Assembly: GCA_030704615.1 (NCBI GenBank)
Contig: CM060734.1
Span: forward strand, 13,392,001-13,456,000
Direction of reading: 5' to 3'
From: Takakia lepidozioides
Taxonomy: Eukaryota > Plantae > Bryophyta
Length of the DNA stretch: 64,000 nucleotides
Shown here: positions 46,565-58,800 of the stretch, piece by piece
Position numbering within the stretch: position 1 is the first letter of the stretch
Layout of the letters: each line of letters opens with the position of its first letter
Notes under the pieces: model-generated
What the model was told of the DNA's origin: nothing
The model's database searches: none
Seen by the model: the letters and a program-made list of their open reading frames with translations, nothing else
Made by a program: the position numbers and the translations under genes

Positions 46565-49500
46565 GTGCCAAGCATGTCACCGAAGCGGCAATTGGAAGAG
46601 GCGATTTATGCTTCTGAAACCGAGGCCGCTCAAGAACGGGAGGAATTTGGGGAGTCAGAGCCCGAGGACTTCCCAGAGGCTCCGCCAGACCAACAAATGT
46701 CTCCCATGCCAGCAGCCTTTTGGGAAGGGTTGTTGGCGCAGTTTGGCGGGACGTTGAAAGACGTGATGAAGGCGGCTAATGCTACTTCCACTAAGGCAAA
46801 ATTTAAGGTGAAGCCTAAGGAACCCGACACCTTTGAGGGCGTCCGAAATCGGAAGGCACTCAACACCTGGCTCTTGGAGCTGGAGCAGTACTTCCGGGCA
46901 GCCAAGTTGAGTGACGAGGATCGGGTGGAAGTGGCTCCCACCTATTTGAGGGGCTATGCTCAACAATGGTGGCAGAAATGCCTTCATGACCAAGGTCCAA
47001 ACCCAGAAACCTTGAGCTGGAGTGGGTTCAAGGAATTTATGAAAAGACAGTTTGTGCCCCTCAACGCGTCCTGGCTCGCCCGGGACAAGATGAGGAATTT
47101 GAAGCAAACGGATGACATTCGGGATATGTTCAGGCTTTCAATGTACTGTTGCTCGAAGTCGCGGATATGGCGGAAGAAGAATGGTCTTCAACTTTGTGGC
47201 AGGACTGGCCCCATGGGCCAGGCGGAAGTTGGAGGAGAAGCCACCTAAGACTTTGAATGAGGCAATTGAAAGGGCTGAATGTTTCTCGGATGTCCATAGG
47301 GGCAAAAGACAAGGCCGTACGGAGCTGAACCATAAGAAGCCCCGCGGGAGGGTGACTCCTTCCGACCGGAAAAGAAGTGGGATAGGCCACGCGGCGACAA
47401 TGGCACATGGAAATCGAAGGGAGGGCCTTCACACGTCAAAACGGCACTCGGTGCTTCGTAAGGAAAATCAGGTGCGGCGGCTTATGGCGGACAGAAGGCG
47501 ACCTTCGATGGAGTGTGTTCTAATTGTGGGGAGCCCGGGCACATGGCCAAGAAGTGCGCGAAACCCCGACAATTGAACATGACTTTGGCGACCACGAAGC
47601 TGTCCGAAGATTCCATCAGCCGCTTGGTGGAAGCGGCAGTCGCTAAGACTTGCAAGGTAGGCAACTACTCTTATGAGTTGTATCAGGAGACTGGCCCCTT
47701 GCGTAAAGGGAGTCAGTTAATGTTCGTGAGTGGGATAATTTCCGGAACTAACATGTCGTTGTTGGTGGACACAGGAGCGTCCCACTCCTTCATGACACCG
47801 GCAACGGCACGGAAGCTGGGGCTCCCGACAAGTGATGTGGGGGCCTCTATTGAAGTGCGTTCTGCCAAAGAAGAACCACAACTGGCGACGAGGTTGGCGT
47901 TTGATGTCCCTCTTCAGCTCGGGAGTTGGGAGGGACGTGAGAACTTCACCATTTGCGAGATCGATGGAGTGGATCTCATTTTAGGGATGACCTTTTTTAG
48001 CAAATCCGGAGCGGTCATAGATGGCCGCAAGAGAATAATCACGCTACCGTGTGGGAATGGTGACGAAGTTTTACGGGTGTCAGAAACGCCCAACCGAGTG
48101 GGAGGATAAATAAACCTGCTGACAGCAAAGGAGTGGGCAGTGGAGGAGCCACGCGAGTTACATAAGACAAGTGGAAGGAGAAGTCGATAGGGAGCCTAGC
48201 CCAGATTGGATCAATGGATCCTGGAGAAATACCAGGATGTGATGCCGGAGAATTTACCAAGCGGCTTGCCACCGCGAAGAGGAGTTGACCACAAGATAGA
48301 GGTGATACCGGGATCGGAGCCGTCTGCCAAGGCGCCCTACCAGTTGAGCCACAGAGAGTTGGTCGAGCTGAAGGCCCAGCTCAAGGATCTAATGTCAAAG
48401 GGGTACATCCGGCCGAGTAAGACACCTTACGGAGCCCCAGTGTTATTCGCAGACAAGAAGGATGGGACTTGGATCGGTTGGCAGGAGCAAAATATTTCAG
48501 CCGGATCGATTTGCGCTCAAGTTACCATCAAATCCGAATGGCGGAAGGAGATGAGGAGAAGACCGCGTGCAGGACAAGATATGGTTCATATAAGTTCTTG
48601 GTGATGCCTTTTGGGCTCACCAACGCTCCCGCGACCTTGAGCACGCTAATGAACAGCTTTTTCCAGGAGTGGTTGGATGACTTTGTGATCGTGTACATCG
48701 ACGACATCTTGGTGTACTTGAAAACAAATGAAGAGCACCTGTAACACCTCAAAAGGGTGTTGCAGAAATTGCGGGAATAGAAGCTGTATGCCAAAGCTTC
48801 AAAGTGTGAATTTGGGGTCACAAAAGTGGAGTTCCTAGGGCATGTGATTACACAGGATGGGATCAAAATGGATGACAGAAAGGTGAGGGTGATCTTGGAC
48901 TGGGAGCCTCCGACTTCCAAGGTATGGGTATGGAACATCTTTTGTGGCCAAGCTTTTGCCGAGTTGAAGTAGCGGATGGCGGAAGCTCCAGTCCTGAAAA
49001 TCCCGGAGTTCGACTGTCCATTTGAGATTCATACAGATGCGTCGGACTTCGCAATTGGGGGTGTGCTCATGCAGGATGGACGTCCAGTGACTTACAAAAG
49101 TAAGAAACTAAATGAAGTGGAGCGACGGTGGCCTACGCACGAGAAAGAAATGAAGGCGGTGGTGCATTGCCTTGAACTTTGGCGCCACTATGTTGGTTCC
49201 AACCCGGTGAAGGTGTTCACGGACAATGTCACGGTGAAGTATTTTGCCACACAGCCTAAGTTGTCCCCAAAACAACTTAGGTGGCAGAACACTTTGGCAG
49301 TGTTCAACGTGGATATCCAGCACAAACCGGGACGGGACGAGACGGCGCTACAAAGGAAGATTCGGAAGGCTTACCGGAAGGATGAGATGATGAAGTCCGT
49401 GATGCAGGACTTGAGGTTGGGGGTTAAATCGCAGTTCCAGTTGCACAATAGACTGCTCCGGTACAAGCAAAAGAGTCTTTACATACCGAAGGGAGGAATC

Positions 49501-49627
49501 AGAGATAGTCCCTTGAGAGAATGTCATGATGGCTTGCGGGCCACGGCGGAGCCAAGCGCACCACGCCACTCTTGAAGAAAGAGTATTTCTGGCCCAAACT
49601 GAGGGATGAGGCCGAGGAGTATGTCAC
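46565..49627 (+). mobile_element. Ty3/Gypsy chromovirus-type (Galadriel-like) gag-pol remnant, truncated in the integrase zinc finger
   Basis: Gag: KPKEPDTFEG...NASWLARDKMRNLKQT. Knuckle: CSNCGEPGHMAKKC. Protease: LVDTGASHSF. RT: [34 protein letters not shown]. RNase H: HTDASDFAIGGVLMQ, HEKEM. No LTRs were recognised. Confidence 0.92.
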
Positions 49628-50577
49628 ATTATATACAAAATAGAAGTGACCGCAATATTACACAAAATGAAAGGAAATAAAAGCGACCGTAGTATTAGCG
49701 GTCACTTAATTTTAAAATTACAACAAATATGGTTGTACAGCCTTTTTCGGGTGGGCGCTATTGGTTCGTCATTTATTCATTTCACTTTCTTTTCACTTTC
49801 ATCATTCTTGGATCATATATAAGGGAGGAGGGTCACCAAGCTCCTCACTTCTTTTGGCGCAAACACTTGAGGTTGCTTTGGATGTTCTCTTCCATTGAAT
49901 GAGAGTGTAGCCCAAGAAGAAGGTGCGCACCTTTTGCCGTTGTGGCTTCTACCAAAGCCACTTCAGCAGATTGTGTATGAGCTCAACACTACAACCCACA
50001 TCGACCCACTTGGATTGCTGACAAGTGTAGAAGTGTTGGGCTATCGCATTGCACTCTACATTCACAACACGTTCATTTATAGGTGAATGTTTTTTGTTGC
50101 TTACATCGCTAGGTCCCAGGGGAGTGGATATTGGATGAAGATGAGGGAGGAATGGAGCCCTTGGTATACGGCAATCCCGAACACTATCAGTGCCACTGGT
50201 AGTGTTGAGTGCAACCTATATGGATTAAAACTTTCTTATCATAAGGATCGGTTGCTCGTTCACCTCGGCTATAAAAGTGTGAAGAGCGCTGGGGTGGGTT
50301 TATGCCCTAAAGCATCTATGCAGGTAAAAAGCCATTTTGCCCAGTGTGGAGGCAATATTCCAATGTCTTTGGATCTGGACATGACCTCTGAGCAGAACAC
50401 TCCATCTTCCCGTCAGGATGCCCCGATTAGTACCCAGGGCGACTCTTGTGAGGCTTCGGGTGTCCTTGGACAAGTGGGTTGTGCCGGAGCAACACCTGCT
50501 TCAACACCTCTTTGTACCCCTACACTTCAACGGAGTAGAGGATTACGGTAGCAATCCATGCAGGATGGTCTTAACTT

Positions 50578-50903
50578 TGTCAAGTTAAATAAACACAGTG
50601 TGAAACTAACTAGAATAAATCTAGTTATTTGTATTTAACATTTGGAATTAGTTCAAGTGTTAAGTCAGGTGTCAAGTTTAGCGACACCTGAACCATCTTA
50701 TCTTCACGAGCTCGTCAGTCGTGCGGCTCATCTCTCTCGAGTTGAGCCTGCACGACCGAGCTCCCTCGTTTGCTTAGCATCTGAGTGTACTTATGGAGGG
50801 AGAGTAGGATGTTGTGGGGGTGGAGTCCCCATAGCTTGGGGTGCCCCTGGCTTGACTCATATTTTAACGAATGATTATATTATATTTCGTGTTTTGTGTC
50901 ATC
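50578..50903 (+). mobile_element. LTR fragment of the family seen at 1-1614
   Basis: Starts TGTCAAGTTA...agtgtgaaacta.ctag, like the reverse complement of 1560-1614. Confidence 0.65.
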
Positions 50904-51733
50904 AGCTAGTGTGAGTTTAGTTTACATATCACTCGAGAGAGATAAACTTGTGTCTTTTAGTGCGAGATACGAGTCTTAAGTTAGCACTAGTCTTTTGTTT
51001 TTTGAAGCTTCCTTAAGATGTCAGCTCAGTTGAGTGAATGCAAGATTGAGTGGAAAATTAGCAGTTGAAGGGATTACTTGTGTCTAGGAAACCTGCCGTT
51101 AAGAGAAAAATGAAATTTTGAGAAGAATGATTGGTTTGTTTACGTGCTTAGCTGCTGATTTCTCTGTGACGGAAGTGATAGTACTGAATAGAGATGGCAT
51201 GTAACCAATATCGATGGAGTTTCAGCACCGTAACAAGTGATTCACGAGCGTCAGAGTTCGTATCACTGGAAGTGGTGAACGACTGAGTTAGGTTCGTGTA
51301 TTGTGTTCAAGTGCTAAGAAATGCCCAAAGGAGCCAACTGCTAGAGGATCTGCTTATAGAATTTAGGCGGGCTGCTTGTGGAGATCGCAACTTGGTTATG
51401 TATTAATGCAGTTTGTGATCCTTTTCCTTGCATTGAATAGGAAATGGGAAGCTTTGTGCCTCCCTAACTTGTTCTTTCATGTAATGTATGGGTATAGGAA
51501 ATATGTACTGGGTGAGTGGCAGGTATAGATTTGAGCTAGCGGAGAGGACAAGCACCAGAAGTCATACCGTCCCTCTCTAGTGATCATTTTGGTGTGAACT
51601 CTATCTGCACGAACATTCCAGAGAACGAAGGGGCCAAGCTTGGGTGAACAATGTGCTCAATCCCACTCTACTTCCTCCGTTTAATAGCCTCTTATATGGT
51701 CATAATTTGTACTGGAGTGGCTGGCGTTTGCTC

Positions 51734-54700
51734 CTAATCGTCCTCCGAATCTGCCACATAAAAGCATCCAACTTTCCAATGTCAGTGCTTTGCTTTCCTC
51801 TTTAGGAGCTGATAAGTTCCCAAAGGCTGTCTATTTAAAATCAGAACTTGGCTCCCTGCGACCTGAATCTCCAGCAGGGGCCTACTGTTCACTATCATCA
51901 ATGGTTTTTGAGGCTGTCTATCCTCATCAGATGTACAATCCTTCCTGTCGACCGGGCTCTCCGATAGCTGACGACGACACTCAGTGGAGTATTAGCTTGA
52001 GGGGTGCCATTGACCCAGTGCAGGTCTACTCTCCGTCAGATAGAATCCTTCCGGAGGCAGTCATACAGGTTTCAACCCAACACGCTGGAATAACTTACGA
52101 CGACAAGTAGAGCAAAGAGGATAGAAGTGTTGGCTGGCTTTGACATCTCAATGGAAGGTACAAGGATGAATCCAACACTTGTAGACCTGTACATAGCCCT
52201 GCTGACAATACAGAAGACTGTAGTTCCCAGGACTTCACCAGGTCTACGGGCCACAATGAGCCAATCTTCCAAGGCAGAGAAGAAGAATGGTAAGCGGTGC
52301 TCACGTATACTTACCATCCCTGCATAGTTATGGAGCCCTTCCTCAGACTGGGAGGTCATCCATTTATTAAGAATTCTCTAACGTCCTCAGTTATTCACGT
52401 ACCAACAGGACGTGACACCTGCAGCTGTCGTTGACTGCATCTATACCTAAGGCAATATCCTTCGATTAACGTGCGCACCTATGCGGATATATAAGACCTC
52501 CAGTCCGAAATTCCTGGGCTACTGTTTGAAGGTTAATATTAAACTACGCTCTCTACGGGTGCATGCATGTCAAACACGCTAACTACAAGCGACAAAACAG
52601 CTGTCTTCACTTGTACAGTGCATTCAAGAAGAGCTTCTAATATATAGTCGGGACACATGTACTGTAGACTACCCTTTGCAATCCCATTTCACTCAGTTTA
52701 TGCATGATGAACATATTGACAGACAATGTAAGAATACAAACAAACCTGATCGGACGTCGTCGCCAACCTTGCCACTGTTCCGGAGTTGCTTGACCACCAT
52801 GCGTGATATCAAAACCCACCAGTAGATGTGTATGACCAGCAGCATTATCAGGAGGGTGTTGAATATATAGTACTGGAAGATAAAATATGGCTTGGTGAGG
52901 TCGAGATATTTGAGCCACTCGTAGCTGCCACCCATGCACCCATATTTTGGATAACATGCAATCTCTGAAGAGTAGTCTAGTAGTCATTTTATGCAGTGGA
53001 GTGTGTTTTCCATCTCAATTATGTGATGGTGAAAGCTTCAAATGGAAAACCAGAGTCAACTCTCCTTCACCAAAGGTGGGTCCCCAGATTTAAAGCCTTT
53101 GCTAACCCAATAGTTAGCCATGAGGGGCAAAAGCTGGAAAGCCATGACTGAAGCCTGCTATATGGTTAGCTGCACATCTCTTCTTCACAACTGTCAACAT
53201 GCACAATTCCTGCACGGCACTGATCAGCAGTTAAGATAGAGAAACAGGATTAAAGGTTTGCACTCGTTTTTATGAACACCATTTGACCATTTGAAAGCCT
53301 TGCAAAGCTTTTGGGACATGCTCATCGATGGAAATTAATCTTTGGATTTCAGTCCCTTCAGTTTTCCAAGAATGACGTATCATATGTAGTGACAATCTTT
53401 GATGCTTGAGGTCTGCCTCTCATTCACAAGGGTCCACATTACTCATGAGAAGGTTCCCTGTTCTCACCAGCAAACCCACAGATCAGGCATGTGGATTCTC
53501 CTCTCCAAGTGGGTTCACTGCAGATCCTAGGGGATGCATTACATGGTTGCTGGCCTGGTTTAGTAACGTTTGTACCTAGATGGTTAGAAACTCCCACCGG
53601 CACCCCACAGAACAAATCCGTAAACCCCTGAAGTCCAATTTTCTGAAATTATATCTTTGAACAAGGTGAACTTGGATTGCCAGCTTGCTGCAGTTTACTA
53701 CTCCTCAAGTGATCTTCACTACCTCTTCATAATACCCCAAAGAGAGAAGTGGGCATACCTGACGCTCCGGATGATCCACATGGGGAAGTATATGAGGCGA
53801 AGAAGAAGCCAGGACACCACAAACAGGCCAAAGAAAATGCTGGCTCCCAACTCGTTACCACTGTACTTGAACAGCTTCGCCGACTCCATGAAAACATCGC
53901 TTACATCATGCAGCGCTAGCACGATGGACCCCGCCCGAAATGTTCTGCACTCATATCATCACAACCAACTGTGGTTCACAAGCATCCTGGCTGACGTGGT
54001 CTTCAAATGTAAGCATGTTCTGCAATCTGGGGACCTCTTTCCCAGTTCAGAGACCTACACTCTGAGCCATAGTCCCGGCAGGTAAGATTTCAGAATGGAG
54101 AGCTCTAGACTTCAGCACTGATGGCCTTGCGTATGGCCTTTTGTCCCTCCCTCCTCACAAATCGTCCAAAATTGCAGCAAGCAGAAATTGAGGTGCAAGC
54201 TCCGAGGAAATGAGAGGCAGTTGACAGGTTTGTACCCAGCGATATAAGAGTATCCGATGAGGATAATGGTGATAATGTGGTGTGTCATCATAACATTAAA
54301 GTCTTTCCGGCGGGTCTCCCACATCGCGAGCGCAGCCACACTGTAGATGTAGAAGCCACACTGGAGATTGTAGAACAATTTTTGCTGCAATCTGGACCAA
54401 AACCCATCCACCACCGCCCCCACATAGTAAGTCTGTCCACCTCCCGCATGTGCTTCGCCCTCCCTTCCTACTGTGTGGCTTCTATGTGCCTAGATCTCAA
54501 TCGTCGTAAGTTCATGTATAAGCGATCTAATATGAATGCATTGACCAGGGAGGTAGCTGAAGCATCTATAGAATCATGGGTATCAAGGCCTGCAGAGAGC
54601 AGGAACATACTTGAGCATTTGAGAGGGATAGTCATGCCAAAAGGCATCAGTGTTGTCAAACCAGGGCTCTTTATAAGTAACGAGAATCGCAATCACTTCA

Positions 54701-55762
54701 GCTACCACATAATACGTGAGCTTCCACGCTGACTCTGTAAACTTGGTAATCTTCTTCTCCCCAGCCTCCCGCACCCTGTACTTCAACCTTTTCTCCGCAA
54801 TGTTGCAGAAAATGATACGCCGTGCTAGCATCTGGCATACACCCCGCCCCATCGCGTTGCTATACTTAAGAACTTCACTCTGCGTGCATGAATCTCTCAC
54901 TCTCCCACTGCCCCGCATGGGAGATGCGGTAGAGGCTACAGTGGAAAACTTAACACTGGTCACGTGTTTTAGTGCCACATGTGCGAGATAGCTACTGCCT
55001 CCTCTTTGTTAAAGAACTCTCAGAAAACGAATCGTAATTTCGGTCACATGTGACTTGTAAATTGTACAGTCCTACTCGAGCACAAATCACTTTGGGAAGA
55101 TCCTGAAGCAGAGGCTCCACGGTGTACAGAAAAGCACTTGACCACGTACAGAAGTCAATTCAGTTCTAAGAGCTCTATCTTCCCCACCAACCAAGCCAAA
55201 GGGGCATGGTTGAATCAGCCTGTGCAGGACCTGAGTACACACACAGTCGAACTGCATTCGAACACACTGAAATTAACTCTTATTTGTGGTCGTGGTTACA
55301 AATAAGCATCTCCACCGATTAGCGGACTTGTCCCCACCAACTTGGTGGTGTGCCATGGTGCTCCGACAGGGCTGGGAGCAGGATCCGCTTGGGGCTCCAG
55401 TACAGTTGTGGAGGGGTACTAAAATTGAGTTAGCACAACGTGAACTGGTCAAGCACCCAGATGAATCTTCAGAGAAGACACGAATTAACATACAGTCACT
55501 GTGATGGATCACGGCTCTGTAGATCCATGGAAAATCAGCACCATTGGAAAAGATAATGTTCATGAATGATCTTCAGTGGACATCTTGTGTAAATCTTTGG
55601 CTTGAAACCAGACAAATTTTGCCATAACACAGTGACGGTCAGTACCTCGTAAAAGAACCAATTAAGAAGAAAACGTCCAACTGGAAATGCCAAAGCGAAG
55701 TAGAAGACCATTTTGTAGTCTCCGAATTTTGGGAGGCTCTCGGCCTCCCAAATTGAACCCAT
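51734..55762 (-). CDS. LOH2: Ceramide synthase (LAG1/TLC domain), LOH2-like
   Basis: Six GT-AG exons in phase: 55762-55646, 54831-54611, 54391-54236, 53944-53759, 52924-52746, 51750-51734. Lag1p motif WETRRKDFNVMMTHH...LALHDVSDVF and acidic C-terminus VGDDVRSDSEDD*. Confidence 0.94.
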
Positions 55763-55830
55763 GGCCTCTCTCCCACACCCCCCTCACTTTGTTCTCAGTG
55801 CTGCAGTTCTTCAATCTCCGTCCTTTCCAT

Positions 55831-58800
55831 TGTAGAAATAACAAACCACCTCATTTGTAACTATAAAGTCAGGGTTATCTGTGTCAACAAATCTTGCTGT
55901 AAAGTAGTTAGTCATCAATGAAAGAGAGAACTGGGTAGATAGAAATTAAGCCGATAGAGTTATTAGCACACGGCATGCTGTAAACATAGGTAGGTGAGGT
56001 AACCGATATAAGACCTGTAAGTCTGTGTCTCATATTACTGTTCTTGTGGAGATCTATAATAGTAAAGCTTGAGCTTTATGTTGCTGAGTTTTGTAACATG
56101 GTATCAGAGCCAGCCATTTGATCCTTAGCTTACAGATAGATACAAGTGTCTACGGTCATGACTTCAGAGATTTCATTGGAAGAGCGTGGTGTTCAAGAGT
56201 CAGAGGTGACTTGCAAGGAGAACGACGCTCAAAGCACTCGAAATTCGACACTCGTCGAGAATGACAGGAGGTAGTGAGAGAACTATCTTTGAAGTCAACA
56301 AGCTGGCGCGAGAGTAGCCAATTATCAGACTTGGAGGTTTAGATTGAAGAATTTGATCGTTCGTGACGATCTCTGGAACATCATCACCGACACAAAGCCG
56401 GAGGATGACTCGGAGCTCACAAATCGCAGGAAGCAGAGGCTACTCGCCATGATTAATCTTTCAGTGAAAGATGAGATCATACCATACATATCTGAGATTG
56501 ATGATCCCCATCAAGTCTGGAACAAGCTAGAAAATTTGTTTGCCTCAGCAAGTCCAGCCAGAAGACTGTTGATCATGAATCAGTTGTATAGTGCCACGGT
56601 GACTGAGGGTAGTAGTGTATCTGACTACCTAAGAAATGTGCAGGATCTGCACCAGTAGCTGCTAGCGATGGGAGATGTCATACCAAATGAAGATATCGTC
56701 ATGGCAATACTCAATGCTCTACCTAAGAGCTATGAGTCATTCATACAAATCATCTCCAGTAGGGACCAATTTCCTACACTTGACCAGCTTGTGACTCGAA
56801 TCCATCACGAAGAAACCAGGAGGGAGCTGAAGGGAACCAAGAAGGTTGAGGATGAGGCCTTGATCATGAAGTTTAAGAAGCTATACAAAAAGAATGATGA
56901 GCATAGGTCGACCAAGCCAAGGCCTAACAAGTGCTACAATTGTGGAGAACCAGGTCACTGGGCCCGTGAGTGCACTAACCAAAAAAAATGGGGAAGAAAC
57001 CACATCAAACAAATAGTAGCACCCAGGCAAAAGGAAACGTCCCAGTGTAATACGAGATCAATCGAAAATCGTTCCATTGTCCAATGAGGCGTTCACTCGT
57101 CATCTGGTTTTTGTTCAATGCGAAAAAGAAATCATGCAATGCGTGCACGGCTATTGCACCCATTGAACGGTTGTGGTTGAAGCCCCTCTTTTGCCCGCAC
57201 GTGCTCGAACACGTGTGCGACACATGTGCGGAGACACAACAGACGAATAAATCATTTGCCTCCCCATCGACGCGCTCCCCCCTCAAGCCATTCCACATTT
57301 TTAATTGAATTTAAATTTATTTTAAGCCAATAAATAGGTTTGCACTGCCTTTCAGTGGGGGTTTCTGGCACGTATCGATTTTGTTTTTGGCTCAATTTCG
57401 TTCTGCGGCTTCCAGCATCCCACGGCTACTCCCCCGCCAAAATTTGGACCAATCAAAAATGCCCCCCCAAAAAAGGTGTTCTTTTTTCGCTCACTATTGC
57501 AAAACTCTCTATGAAGAGTGCATGAAGTAGAACGCCAAATCAAGTTTGGAGTGCAAAACAGGGAAGAAACTGTGGTTTTGGGTCCAAATGAATTTTGATC
57601 GCTCCCAAATTTGGCACGCACATTGCATATGGCTACATTACACGCCCCATTCAAAAACGGAATGAAAAACAAATCGTGAGCACGCGAAACACAGTCCAAC
57701 AGGTCCCAAAGCAATAGCAGCTCCAACAGAATACATTCAACGGGTGAACGGATGGTTGCCCATCCAAATCATTTTTGTTACCTTCCAAACTTTGCCAGCA
57801 CGTTCCAGACACCCTCTCACAGGTCCCGGACTAATATCAGATCAATCGAAAACTCATTCGATGGCTCAACGGATGGTTGGCCATCGAAATGATTTTGGTT
57901 CGCTTTGAGACTTGGCCACTATGTTCAATGTGCCATGTAAGAGGCCCCAGAGTAATATGAGATCAATCGAAATTCGTTCAATGGGCCAACGGATGGTTGC
58001 CCATCCAAATGATTTTCGTTCGCTTTCAAACCTTGGCCAGTGTGTTCAATGTACACCCTCTGATACGTCCCAGTGTAATACGAGATCAATCGAAAATCGT
58101 TCCATTGTCCAATGAGGCGTTCACTCGTCATCTGGTTTTTGTTCAATGCGAAAAAGAAATCCTGCAATGCGTGCACGGCTATTGCATCTCATTGAACGGT
58201 TGTGGTTGAAGCCCCTCTTTTGCCCGCACATGCTCGAACACGTGTGCGACACATGTGCGGAGACACAACAGACGAATAAATCATTTGCCTCCCCATCGAC
58301 GCGCTCCCCCCTCAAGCCATTCCACATTTTTAATTGAATTTAAATTTATTTTAAGCCAATAAATAGGTTTGCACTGCCTTTCAGTGGGGGTTTCTGGCAC
58401 GTATCGATTTTGTTTTTGGCTCAATTTCGTTCTGCGGCTTCCAGCATCCCACGGCTACTCCCCCGCCAAAATTTGGACCAATCAAAAATGCCCTTCCAAA
58501 AAAGGTGTTCTCTTTTCGCTCACTATTGCAAAACTCTCTATGTAGAGTGCATGAAGTAGAACACCAAATCAAGTTTGGAGTGCAAAACAGGGAAGAAACT
58601 GTGGTTTTGGGTCCAAATGAATTTTGATCGCTCCCAAATTTGGCACGCACATTGCATATGGCTACATTACACGCCCCATTCAAAAACGGAATGAAAAACA
58701 AATCGTGAGCACGCGAAACACAGTCCAACAGGTCCCAAAGCAATAGCAGCTCCAACAGAATACATTCAACGGGTGAACGGATGGTTGCCCATCCAAATCA

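Noticed and set aside
49895-50551. 63-aa and 154-aa plus-strand ORFs after a TATA-like motif
   Set aside because: No recognisable family. They may be TE-derived but cannot be supported.
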